Assembly (NCBI GenBank): GCA_002633005.1
Contig: NMRA01000323.1
Span: forward strand, 1 to 64,000
Length of the DNA stretch: 64,000 nucleotides
Origin: Phoronis australis
Lineage: Eukaryota > Animalia > Phoronida
Direction: 5' to 3'
Shown here: positions 1 to 11,100 of the stretch, piece after piece
Position numbering within the stretch: position 1 is the stretch's first letter
Layout of the letters: each line of letters begins with the position of its first letter
The notes under the pieces: generated by a model
What the model was told of the DNA's origin: nothing
Databases searched by the model: none
What the model saw: only the letters and a program-made list of their open reading frames with translations
Position numbers and translations under genes: made by a program

Positions 1-76
1 GCTGACAAAAATCTCAGCTCGCATTTCCAAATTTCAGGTCGCAAATGCGACCTGCAGCTCGTTATGTCGAGCCCTG
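1..76 (-). mobile_element. End of a CAGGGCTCGAC-terminated MITE, inverted copy of the element starting at 922
   Basis: Bases 1-76 are the near-exact reverse complement of 922-998. Confidence 0.8.
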
Positions 77-747
77 ATATGTACTCATTCATGGACTGGA
101 CGCCTACTTTAGCGAAGTCTGAAGACGAGTGAGAGAAGCTTATAGGTGTGTGGGCACTTATTAGGACGAATGTTATTATTTATGAAATAATTTTGCCTAA
201 AACTGATGACATTGTTCATTACAATAAGAAGTCAGTTCCAAGAAATATGGTATTTCGTTTGCTATGAGCACATGGACCGGTCTTGCACCTTTCCCCCCTT
301 TTCTTCGTTTAGGACTAGTCCACAAATTCCTTTGTGCATGAGCCCACACTGTGATCTTTTGTCTAGACAAATCGTATGACCGGCGACATCTACTGAACCG
401 GTAGGATTGCACTGCGCCGATGTTTTTTGCTGCCGGAGCATCGGCACGATGACCAAACTGAACATGAAATTCATGATAAAAACAGCACGAGGAGAAAATT
501 TAGTCATGTTCATAAGAGAAACGATATAGTGCTTTTGCATTTTGTAAATTCGCTCGCCACCTGTGTGACTGGCAAGTCGACTTCAACTCACCCAGCACCA
601 TTTTTACTCGCATTGGCGACTGGGCGAGTGGCTAAGTAAATCCCTGCACCAGTGATGCATATGCACTCCTAAAATTGATTATTTTTTATTATAAATTGTC
701 CAAGGAAGGATTTGAACCCGTGACTTCTGAAACTACAGATGTATAAT

Positions 748-907
748 CAAAAAATCACACCATGATGAGTGTAACAAATATCCATGCTCGTTCTTGTCAG
801 AACACAGGGACACCTGACGATGACCAGAGAATAGTCTGACCGAAACGTCGTGACAATGTAAATAGACACGAGGTCGGTGTAAATAGACCAGGAGATTTTA
901 ATAATAG
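748..907 (+). mobile_element. Penelope-like terminal repeat fragment with minimal hammerhead motif
   Basis: Reverse-complement homologue of 42801-42959, which abuts Penelope coding sequence; contains CTGACGA...CCGAAACGTC. Confidence 0.7.
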
Positions 908-921
908 GTATATGTATATAT

Positions 922-2037
922 CAGGGCTCGACATAACGAGCTGCAGGTCGCATTTGCGACCTGAAATTTGGAAATGCGAGCTGAGATTTTTTTCAGCTCG
1001 TATAAAGTCGCAAAATGCGACCTGGAATTTCCAACGAATGCGAGCTGAGTTTTTACACTTCTCAACAGATACCTGGCAAATACAAAGCAGCTCTTGTTAA
1101 TCCGACCGTTATTTGGTTGTTGCCAAATACAAGTTCAAAAGAACACTAACCGAGAACAGGCCTCCCGATGACTTGTAAGCAAGTCGCGTGAACATGGGAT
1201 ATGAAGAATCGATCTTTGACGCGTTTCATTGGCTAACACCTTCGGCCACTTTTGTAAATTCCCGGATTCGCCGAAGAAAGTTTCGGGCCANNNNNNNNNN
1301 NNNNNNNNNNNNNNNNNNNNNNNNNNNNNNNNNNNNNNNNNNNNNNNNNNNNNNNNNNNNNNNNNNNNNNNNNNNNNNNNNNNNNNNNNNNNNNNNNNNN
1401 NNNNNNNNNNNNNNNNNNNNNNNNNNNNNNNNNNNNNNNNNNNNNNNNNNNNNNNNNNNNNNNNNNNNNNNNNNNNNNNNNNNNNNNNNNNNNNNNNNNN
1501 NNNNNNNNNNNNNNNNNNNNNNNNNNNNNNNNNNNNNNNNNNNNNNNNNNNNNNNNNNNNNNNNNNNNNNNNNNNNNNNNNNNNNNNNNNNNNNNNNNNN
1601 NNNNNNNNNNNNNNNNNNNNNNNNNNNNNNNNNNNNNNNNNNNNNNNNNNNNNNNNNNNNNNNNNNNNNNNNNNNNNNNNNNNNNNNNNNNNNNNNNNNN
1701 NNNNNNNNNNNNNNNNNNNNNNNNNNNNNNNNNNNNNNNNNNNNNNNNNNNNNNNNNNNNNNNNNNNNNNNNNNNNNNNNNNNNNNNNNNNNNNNNNNNN
1801 NNNNNNNNNNNNNNNNNNNNNNNNNNNNNNNNNNNNNNNNNNNNNNNNNNNNNNNNNNNNNNNNNNNNNNNNNNNNNNNNNNNNNNNNNNNNNNNNNNNN
1901 NNNNNNNNNGCGTAAAAATGGCGGGAAAATTTTGCGACCTGGCATTTACGAATGCGAGCTGGATTTTGAAAATGCGACCTGGGATTTTGGCTAGGTCGCA
2001 AAATGCGACCTGGCGATTTTAATAGCGTCGAGCCCTG
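922..2037. mobile_element. hAT-like non-autonomous element spanning the N-gap
   Basis: TIRs CAGGGCTCGAC / GTCGAGCCCTG, internal AAATGCGACCTG/GAGCTG subrepeats, TATATAT on both flanks. The two ends could belong to different copies because of the gap. Confidence 0.65.
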
Positions 2038-2250
2038 TATATATCAGCATGAATTTGATGTTTGAGTCAGTGTGAGGCCTAATTTGCTGAAAAGTTTCCG
2101 ATGTATGGACCTCTACCGTTTCTACTGGGCCAGCTAGAGACGGTGATTACTGTCTAGGTTTTATGGTGCTACACATTGCAGCAAGAAACAGAAACAACAG
2201 GAATATTTCAAAAGTGGCTATGTTTAGCTAACTATTGTTTTCTCTTTCAG

Positions 2251-3992
2251 CCGCCAAAGAAGCCTGATCCAAAGGGGGGCAAGACTAGCAAAGCCCCTGC
2301 CAAGAAGAAGGAGGGGTCTGGTGGTGGCAAGGCCAAAAAGAAGGTAATCCTCGCTGGGAAGCCTGTCAGTTCCCGAGTATAAGATTTTATTAACATCACA
2401 TCTGAGTAGCTGTGCTAAAAGTCAAAATACAGCTTTGAATACAAGTGATAAAAAAATCGCGAAATAGGTGTAGCTCATTTTTTCAGTCAATTTGTGCTCG
2501 TCTGCCACGGAAGCCAATCGTGCATACTTTTTGTAACCATCACTGCGACACATTCAAACAATGCCTCCCTTTTTTTCCTTTGTGGAAGTTTGAAAACTGT
2601 CAGTTACTCGTGTTGATCATGTTTTGGAGGTCCATTATCCAGTTTGGCATTTAAGCTTCCGTAAACACAACATCTCTGACTGAATTAACCTTAAATTCAT
2701 CCGCTTTAAATTGTGCAGCGCTTTTTATGAAACGTAGACATTTTAAGGGCAGTTGCATTTGCTAAATATGTTTTTCTTCATATTGTTGTTGAGCAGAAGT
2801 GGTCAAAGGGAAAAGTGCGTGACAAGTTGAACAACCTGGTGCTGTTTGACAAGGCCACCTATGACAAGCTGTATAAGGAGGTACCTAGCTACAAACTAAT
2901 CACCCCATCCGTGGTGTCAGAGAGGCTGAAGATCAGGGGCTCACTGGCCCGCAAGGCCCTAGAGGAACTGCTTTCCAAAGGTAGAGTAAAGGGGTGCATA
3001 CCTTACCGTGATGGATACAGTTAAGCTTGCCTTAGTCCAATCCATTTGGAGTAAGACGGAATCCATCGTATCTGAAGGGTGGAGTGCCCAAACTATAACA
3101 AGCATGCTTTGGAACTTGTCCAGGTTAAGCTCACTTGTTGCTAAGAAGCAGGTCTGGGTGTAGAAGTAATTCAAGTCATCATTCGTGAATTAAGTTGCTG
3201 CAATGTGTTAACAAGGAGCTGGAGACCCAAATTTTTGCTACGGAGTCAAAAACGTCGCAGTCCAATATGCTAAAGCAAATACTGAGGTCATGTCTTCTGT
3301 GTTTGTGAATGCTGCCACTAGGTATTTCTACTCCCTCTTTTGTTAATTAACTTTTCATAATCATTGCTCCGATAGACTCCACTCTCTCTCAAATTCTCAA
3401 ATTTATTTTGATTCAGATCGCTTGCCATTGTGGAATATCTTCCTTGCCTTGCTTAGAGATTTTGGGGTTTGAGTACAAGTAATGGTTGGTGATTATTTGA
3501 GACCTAACTGATCACAGATTAGACCTAATCATCCTTGGTGGCTGGTGTTTTCCCACAGTTGCTGTGTAATTCGCTAAAAACGTAGGTCACGCTTGTCTGT
3601 TAAGCAGAATATGAAAGGCGTTAACAAATTTTCCTCCAAACTTCCGAAGGTTGTAGAGCATTATTTTGTTTCAGATAACTGGATGGGAAAGTCTCAGTAT
3701 CTGTTCATAGCCCAAAACCAGGCTTGGTATCCTCTTAACCATTAATTTTCCACTCGTGTAATTGAGTGAAGCATTAATTGGTTGATGTGGCAGTTTGGGT
3801 ACCACATTGCCTTGTGCTCAAAAATTGAGCACCCATGTCCTCATTAGTTAATTGTTGCCTTTTGCTCAGGCACTGAGCCCTGAACCGATGTATAAGCTAC
3901 ACGTTTTATTTCCAGGTTTAATCAAGCAAGTTGTCCACCACAACAGCCAGATTATCTACACAAGGAACACATCCTCTAAGGGAGGTGAATAG
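2251..3992 (+). CDS. RPS25: 40S ribosomal protein S25 (eS25), spliced; ATG-only first exon not visible (upstream of window or in the N-gap)
   Basis: Exons 2251-2343 ([11 protein letters not shown]...GGGKAKKK), 2797-2980 ([61 protein letters not shown]) and 3916-3992 ([19 protein letters not shown]...TAG). All introns are GT-AG and phases join into one frame. Confidence 0.97.
3649..3809 (+). ncRNA. Candidate intronic H/ACA-type snoRNA in the last RPS25 intron
   Basis: Hairpin (3649-3712), H-like AAACCA (3715-3720), long hairpin closed by GGTATCC/GGGTACC, then ACA (3804-3806), about 110 nt from the 3' splice site. Pockets are asymmetric and no rRNA target was identified. Confidence 0.3.
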
Positions 3993-4024
3993 GCCGATTG
4001 CACTGTATTTTGACTATGTATTAT

Positions 4025-4030
4025 AATAAA
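4025..4030 (+). terminator. Polyadenylation signal of RPS25
   Basis: AATAAA 33 nt after the TAG stop, followed by a T/GT-rich tract. Confidence 0.7.
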
Positions 4031-4506
4031 TATTGAAGAAAATTTACCTCCTTTCCATTACTAATACGGTCGATGGTTTCAAGTTCAACCATGACTATGT
4101 GTGTTTTAGGATGGTGTTCCTATACTCTAAATGATGCACGTAACTAAGTGTGGGTGTATGGGAAAATGGGCAGCGTAAATACACCAACTGGCTTCTCGAA
4201 AATGTAAATGGTTTACATTGATTTAAAACGAAGATTTTCCACCAGTGGCAAGTTTTGGCGAGTGCGTTTAAATTAAAAATGTGCTGTGAAGTTTCAATGG
4301 AAATTTTCCCCTGATTAGGAGTCGTTAATTTCGTTTTCCCTCAAAATTTTATATTTAGAGATTGTAAAGTGTCCATTTTTGCTGTTGTGGGATACAAACC
4401 AGTTGACATGTAATGGATATTCCTAGGAAATGTATGCTGTGGCAAAATGATGTCTTCAATTTCTTGATTGAGGAACATGTCGGCATCTTGGGAAAAATAT
4501 ACTTAG

Positions 4507-4646
4507 CAGGGGCAGATCCAGGATTTTGAGTTAGGGGGGGGGCCAGGGCAGGATTTTGCCTGACAGACATTCGCACCCCCGTACTGCCAAATGGAATCGG
4601 GGAGAATTTTAGGGGGGACCTTGGCCCCCCTCTAAGTCCGCCACTG
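4507..4646. mobile_element. Small MITE (CAGGGGCGGATC...TCCGCCACTG family) with 5-bp TSD
   Basis: Imperfect TIRs, TSD CTTAG on both sides, near-identical to 7560-7715. Confidence 0.85.
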
Positions 4647-4713
4647 CTTAGCCTCCAATTTTCTCCGACCAGTGGCATATTGCACCTACACTGTATAGCA
4701 ACAATTATTATAG

Positions 4714-4719
4714 TTTATT
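4714..4719 (-). terminator. Likely polyadenylation signal of the SORD-like gene
   Basis: AATAAA on the minus strand about 460 nt past the stop; an alternative AATAAA lies near 4912-4917. Confidence 0.4.
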
Positions 4720-5175
4720 GTAGCATCAGTGCTTGGAGCTTGCGGTTATCAATCTTGAGTGAAGCTACTGTTTTTGGTGCACCTTGTAGATTTAGTTCAA
4801 AGAAACGTGAACAGCGTCATTATTTTACCAATTAGTATAATTAGTGGTCCAACGAAGGTCCATAATGTAATTGTTTCGGTTAAAACAACTGGCTCGTTGT
4901 ACACAAGTAATTTTATTCGAACGGCGAGTGCCGCTTGTGGGACTGCCATTGACATCCTGCTTTGGGTAAGTGCACTCGCAAAACATCCAGTTGTATTCTT
5001 TGTAGCTTTCAAGTTTCTTGGGATTAGCGAGGTCATGCGCAAGTCTCCGCGAGATGTCGCCTTGTGTTGCATGTACCGTAATTGCACTAGTTGAATTGAC
5101 TTGGCTGGCGATAGTCTTTGCTCTTGCGTCCACGAATCGCGCTCCAGTTTTTTCGTTGAAACTTGAGTGGCTTAA

Positions 5176-8100
5176 TTAGTTGTCCTGACAGTGAATCATG
5201 ACTTTAATGGCATTTGCATCACGCGATCTGGCTGTGTCGAATGCTTGTACTGTCTGATCCAGTGAAAAGTGATGTGTTATCAGCCACTTGACATCTACTG
5301 CCCCTGTGGAGACCAGCGACAGGGCCTTGGGGTAGCTGAAATTATGAAGCGTAAACATACAGGAATATTCAGACATCTGGATTTGGTACGGTACATCGGT
5401 TAATGTCCATTAGGTAACAGTCCGCGTATACGCGTATGTGACACGCGCTTTTGTTATTGCTTAGCCTGGTACAAGATAAGGTGTGCGTCGGAAGTGTCCG
5501 TTGTCTGCGGACAAAGTGAGACACGTTTTCCTGTAATATACAACCGTGAGCACGATTTTGGAGTCGCGCAACACGGCGTTTCCAAAAAATACAAGTTTTG
5601 ACATTGGATATGGACAAAATATTCGTTCAATAGCACGTTTCGTCGATGCAAATAGTCTCGTAGCCCTACATGTGAACACCATTTAAGTCACAACCAGCGT
5701 TTGAAATACTCGGTAATGGCCCGGGACCACTGAGGGGATTTGTGTTCGGGCCTTTAAACTTTCACATACTGTATAAGCACTATGCATGGGCGGCGCAGCA
5801 CTGAAAATGGTGGGGAGGCTAAAGCTCTCTCAGTCCCCCTGAGGTGCACCGCCTATAGACCATGTGCGGTGTAGCACTGATGCGGGGGCTATAGTCCCCA
5901 GCCCCCTATGGTGCGCCTCCCATGCTATGGAGATGTGATTCAATTTAATTCAAAAGGTCTATTGGATAATTTTTTGCCTCTCACCTCCTGAACGCCAACG
6001 AATTTGAACCTGGTGGGTAACAAGTGCACGATCGCCTCATTAGTTCTGCACATGATGTATGAACTGGTGAAACGTGTTTTGCAAAATATATTGATTGAGT
6101 CCAGTCCGGGGTTTTTATTTCATAACCGCAGCTTATGTGGTGTTTATGTATTCATCTCAGTTACCAACAATTCGTCGCGTTAATGGCATAACAAATAGGA
6201 GTTCTCAAGTACATGCGCATTTAGTGTACATGTACAGGAAAATATGGAGAAAACGTAGATAGGATCCTTAAAGCAGGGCCAGCAACTTGGCAGCTTCTAT
6301 TTGTTGAAGTTCGAACACTGGTCACGACACGCAGATCACTCTTTAGCGCGTGAAAACCTGGCCGTTTTCACGCCAAACATGTCCCAGCTCTTGGTCTAGT
6401 TCAGTGAAGCGCTTTACTGGTTTTACACCTGACTATTGTGTTGCTACATGTATCTGGCCTTATACCTTACCAAGTGGTTATCTCGCCTTACAGTATAAGG
6501 ACGGACATTCTTCGTTTTCGGAGCCTATACGGCCAACGTATTGGATTCATGTGCGGTTTGCTCCTTCCAAAGATAAAAAAAAAATCTCGAGTAAGGAAAG
6601 AGTACTGACATATTGGGTGCAAGGCTTCATTGACTTCGCTAGGTCAACTGGTTTGGACATCCGATTGGTCTGTAAGCCAGAAGTTGTCATCGGGAATCAG
6701 TCCGATGTCTTTGCCGTTTGGCTCGGCAAAACCGGTGAGTCAGTCAGTCAAGTGTATCCATTTTTAATAACACATACCAGTTAGCATATCTGAAAACCCC
6801 TTTAATGTCGACCTCGCGACAGGCTGCTGATACGATCGGAAGTCGCAAGTCCATCGAGCCTCTCCCAATCAGGACAACACTGCCACCAGACTGGGTCACC
6901 TGACATAATGGAGACATACATGCAGTTGATATAGGGCATGTGGTAGCAGTAGACCTAGTAACGAGTTTTCCTAAAGTTACGGTAACTCTTCACGTATAGC
7001 GATAATTGTCAAAATTCCCCAACAAAAATGAAACTGCAAGTTCATAGCGAACAATTGTCAAATTCCCCAACAAAGGAGAAACTCTAGTTAGTCTATTATA
7101 AACTAAAGATGTCAGTTGTTAAAAGAACTTCCAGTAAAGTATCAGTCATTAGCAACATGATAATAAGCCCTTGAAAGTTGGAACGTGACATTTTTGTGCG
7201 AAATAAGTGAAGACTTGCCGAAACTTTCCCGCCTAATTATCTGAACGTAGAGACACGACACAGACAAAAGCGCAGTAGCCACCCGTAGACGAAGTCACCT
7301 GACAAAACCCCTTATCAACGATAAAAGTAAATCAACAGGTAAGTAAAAATATGAGACGCACGTCGACATAAAATTGAAACTCAAGACTGGATAATCCGTG
7401 CTTCTAACTTAAATATCGAACTCGTTGATGATGACGAACGCCTTTCATTTTATTTAACTTCGTCATCACTGTTATTTTTATTGTTATAGTTATTATTATT
7501 GCTTTTGCTGTTGTCATGTGCAAGCCAAGAAATACGTGTAGCATAAGGTAACTTTAATACAGGGGCGGATCCAGGATTTTGAGTTAGGGGGGGCCATGGC
7601 AGAGTATTAACCAGGATTTTGCCCGACAGACATTCGCACCCCCGTATTGCAAAATGGAATCTGGGAGAATTTTAGGGGGGCATGGCCCCCTTGACCCCCT
7701 CTAAATCCGCCACTGTAATAGGTGTCAGCACACCTTACTATTTCACACCCCAGAATCAGACCTACTTGCAAACCCACGATTAGGCTTTGGTCCGATCCAC
7801 TGCATTCTAACGTGACATCCGGTTTGTTTTCTATCGCCTCTTCCACCAGACGGACTATGTCTTCATCCGACTTAGATAAGACGTTTATAATTGCGTCAGC
7901 TCCATGTTTTCGCGCAACTTGCAGTCTCGTGTCGTCTATGTCTGAAAATGAATACCTCTGCTGTTTGCAGCGCAAAATAAAAAAATCATCCGATTAGTAA
8001 GCATATAATTCGCAAGTGAGGAGAGTTCCGCCACTAAAAACCACGGCAGACCAACTGGGGGCCTCAGTTTCTCGACGAAGCTATTGGTTTTTGTGTTATG

Positions 8101-11100
8101 ATTAGCCAAAAGTGAGAAATCTGACTACGAACAAAGTTGATTTTTTGTCTTGCGTTTCTCGAAACCTTTGGCCTCTTATGTCTAGTCGCCGACAATTAAA
8201 AAGCGTTATAAGCGAGGCGCTTATAACGCAAGGACCTCGCTAAAAACCAAGACTTCATAGGGATTACGTGACATATTGCCTTACATTTAAACGAGGACAT
8301 GTGATTTTGGCTAGATTTTAGCGAAGTCCAAGCATTAGTGAACTTTACCCGGGTTAAGCCATCCGTTGACTATTTTTTGCTGGAAGTGAAAGGTAAAAGC
8401 GTATAGACTCTAAACGCAGGTCCTACTCCAAGAAGCCACGTGCTGCGCCTGAGCGATGATTTCATCGGGTACAAAACGGCGAACTTACAAATTAAAGCTG
8501 CAAATTGATAAACGTGTTTCCGTTGAAGAAACTAATTTTGACTTAAACCACTCGCTGCTCTAAAATAACCTTCGGCTTGTTCCTTACTCTAATGAGAAAT
8601 GAATTATGGTCTTGTAAAGAAATGACTGTTCGTTATTGTTCGAGGTCATATTTGACGAATAAAATGACAAGCCGTAGATCCCAACCACGAGCAATAACAC
8701 GATTAGATGCGTTTCTCACATTACCCAGGTGCCAACATGGTTTACTCTTCGTTCCACTACTTTAAAGCATATACTTGTGCGTACCCGTCATACAGACAAA
8801 CATGGCACCTCTGTTCTTGGCGACCATGAGACATAATAGCCCCACTGGTCCCGCTCCACAAATGAGAACACGTGATCCAGCGGCTATGTTGCCCCGTTCA
8901 CACCCATACACAGCAACTGCCAGCGGCTCCAGCATGGCGCCCTCGTCTAAAGTTACGTGATCTGGCAATCTACAAAGAGTATGGAGCGGAGTAACGTTCT
9001 TGTTGCAAGTATAAAAGCTATTTAAGCATGAAATGTGTTTTGTTGATAAAGTAATTACAGGGGTTTTAGTTAAAACATTTTCTTGTTCTTTTTAGATGAC
9101 CGTTGTCATTGCTGGATTGTAGCCTGACGACAAACACAACGATACAAACAGATTTTTTTTATCTAGTAATTTATAGTAGGCGGGTCCAGGGCCGGTCAAG
9201 GGGATCCAGGCCTGTCACTCATTTTTTCCCTTAATTTTAGTCTAGAGTTTTCAAATTGTTGAATTGGATCCCCTTAATTGTTAAAAAACCTTGATCAGCC
9301 CTTTTAATTCATGCGATAATCTTGTTAACGTTTTGAAGTTTGCCGAGCTAAATAAGAGCACCTGGTGCGCGCGAAGAGTCGATGATGTCTCCAAAATTGG
9401 CTTCCAAGGTGCTTAATTAGAGGTGATGTGTGTTCCTTGAAGAATACAACCATGACATCTATTAGTATAATCATCATCATCATCATCATTATTAACCAAT
9501 GGTGTATTAAAAGAAGACAGTGCTTTCCATACGGGCATTATTGTATCAAAAATGTGTGATCTACGTGTACCAGATATTAAAGATATTTTTGTTCGTGTAG
9601 ATTATTATTTTACCCCAGCTAGATAGATTTTGCGTCACCCACTCCAAAATGTTTGCATAATTGTTTTTCTGAGCATAATTAAAGAGAGGCAACCGGAATG
9701 ACGTAGAAGGCAGACGATTAGGAAATGGAATTCAGGAATGGCTTAAATCACTATTATGTCGCGCTAGTTTATCGGTTCCAGAAAATGGAATCCAGTAGGC
9801 CTAATTATATTGAAGGTAAACCCACTGTTCCACTCGAAATGCAGAATGTGTGGCGCTGAAAGATGGTTTCAAACGATTTCCTGCTCTGGAGATAGAACGT
9901 CTGCATTCCGCACCTCACCCACGCCTTCAGATGTTTATAACAATTGAACAATGCCGGAAACAATTTTGTTATTATTTTCCTCCCGCCACCTGCTGCGTCT
10001 TTCTAATTAATCATCCTTATCGATCGTTGGTCACTTTTTGTAGTATGCATACTTTTGCACTACCCTATGTGACAAAGGGTGGGCCTGTTTGTCGTATTAC
10101 AGACTTCGGCAAGATTCAAACTCAACAGCGAAACAGCAATGTCACGAAGTATACCTACAACCGGCACTTACTGGAACAACACGCCTTTTCGGCACAGACA
10201 AGTCAAAGTTTTATAACACACCTCCTACAGTGATAACCACTTTCAACTTTACCACCTGTTTAGGTGGAGAGTCTCTTTGAAACCGTGGTTAGTTGGTGAG
10301 CGTACGTAGGTCTATTAGCGCTAGTCACTGTATTGGACTTCGCACTCCACAAACCACATTGGCAACTTCTCTGACCATAAAGTTGGCGGTTTTTTTGTGA
10401 TGGAAGATGGGTTCGTGCACTTTCACTCCTAGTTGTAGGCCTAGGCTACACGTAAACTGTATGACGACACCTGCAAACACTTACTTGTAGCAAAAGTCTG
10501 CCGCGTGAGCGTAATACTTTGCTATATTGCCATGGACAGGGGGCGTCGCACAAAACTTCACCTCGTGACACAAGTTGTAACGCCCATGTTTGCAAATCTC
10601 ACATATCCGACACGGAATGCCAGGCTCAATCGCCACGCGATCACCTGAAACCACATTCAATCTATCATTGGTTAACATTACCTGTCCTTACTGACAGTGT
10701 GTACTTGTATATTACTAATTGGATTCCTTCACTCCGTCAGAACCGTACAAGCAAAGGCTAGGGGGACGCAGTGCGTGACGCACTCTTCCGTTCAGATACC
10801 TACTCAGGGATACGGACGCCTTTGAGCCCGTTAGCGCATCAAAGAATAAAAAGGTGTAAGTACATTGCAGCAGTGCGCCCCCAGAGACATCTTTTAAAAC
10901 GCAACACCTTCAAAAATGTAAGGTTCTTGTCAACTTACAGCCACCCATGCCAAATGATGTCGTATGGAAGGCACAAGGTATTGTTTAACTTACGAGATCC
11001 ATGCGACGGGCGTACGAGCGCCGCGTGGTTATCGCCTATGGGACACTACCATTGTTTTCCTGTGTTGTGTCTTTGTTAGATATAACAATACAGATCGCGT

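Noticed and set aside
762-839. C/D snoRNA-like ATGATGA...CTGA
   Set aside because: The whole segment is homologous to the Penelope terminal repeat at 42801-42959.
1135-2001. Long ORFs of 228-288 aa in the ORF track
   Set aside because: They only read through the N-gap; the flanks are MITE sequence.
2105-2178. Hairpin ACCGTTTCTA/TAGAGACGGT with weak complementarity to 18S GGUAAUUCUAGAG
   Set aside because: No correctly placed H or ACA box and non-canonical pocket geometry.
3685-3697. GGGAAAGTCTC resembling RNase P/MRP conserved region I
   Set aside because: No convincing conserved region V partner for helix P4 downstream.
4417-4426. ATATTCCTA matching the U17/snR30 m1 motif
   Set aside because: No downstream AAACCAT m2 motif and no hairpin-ACA context.
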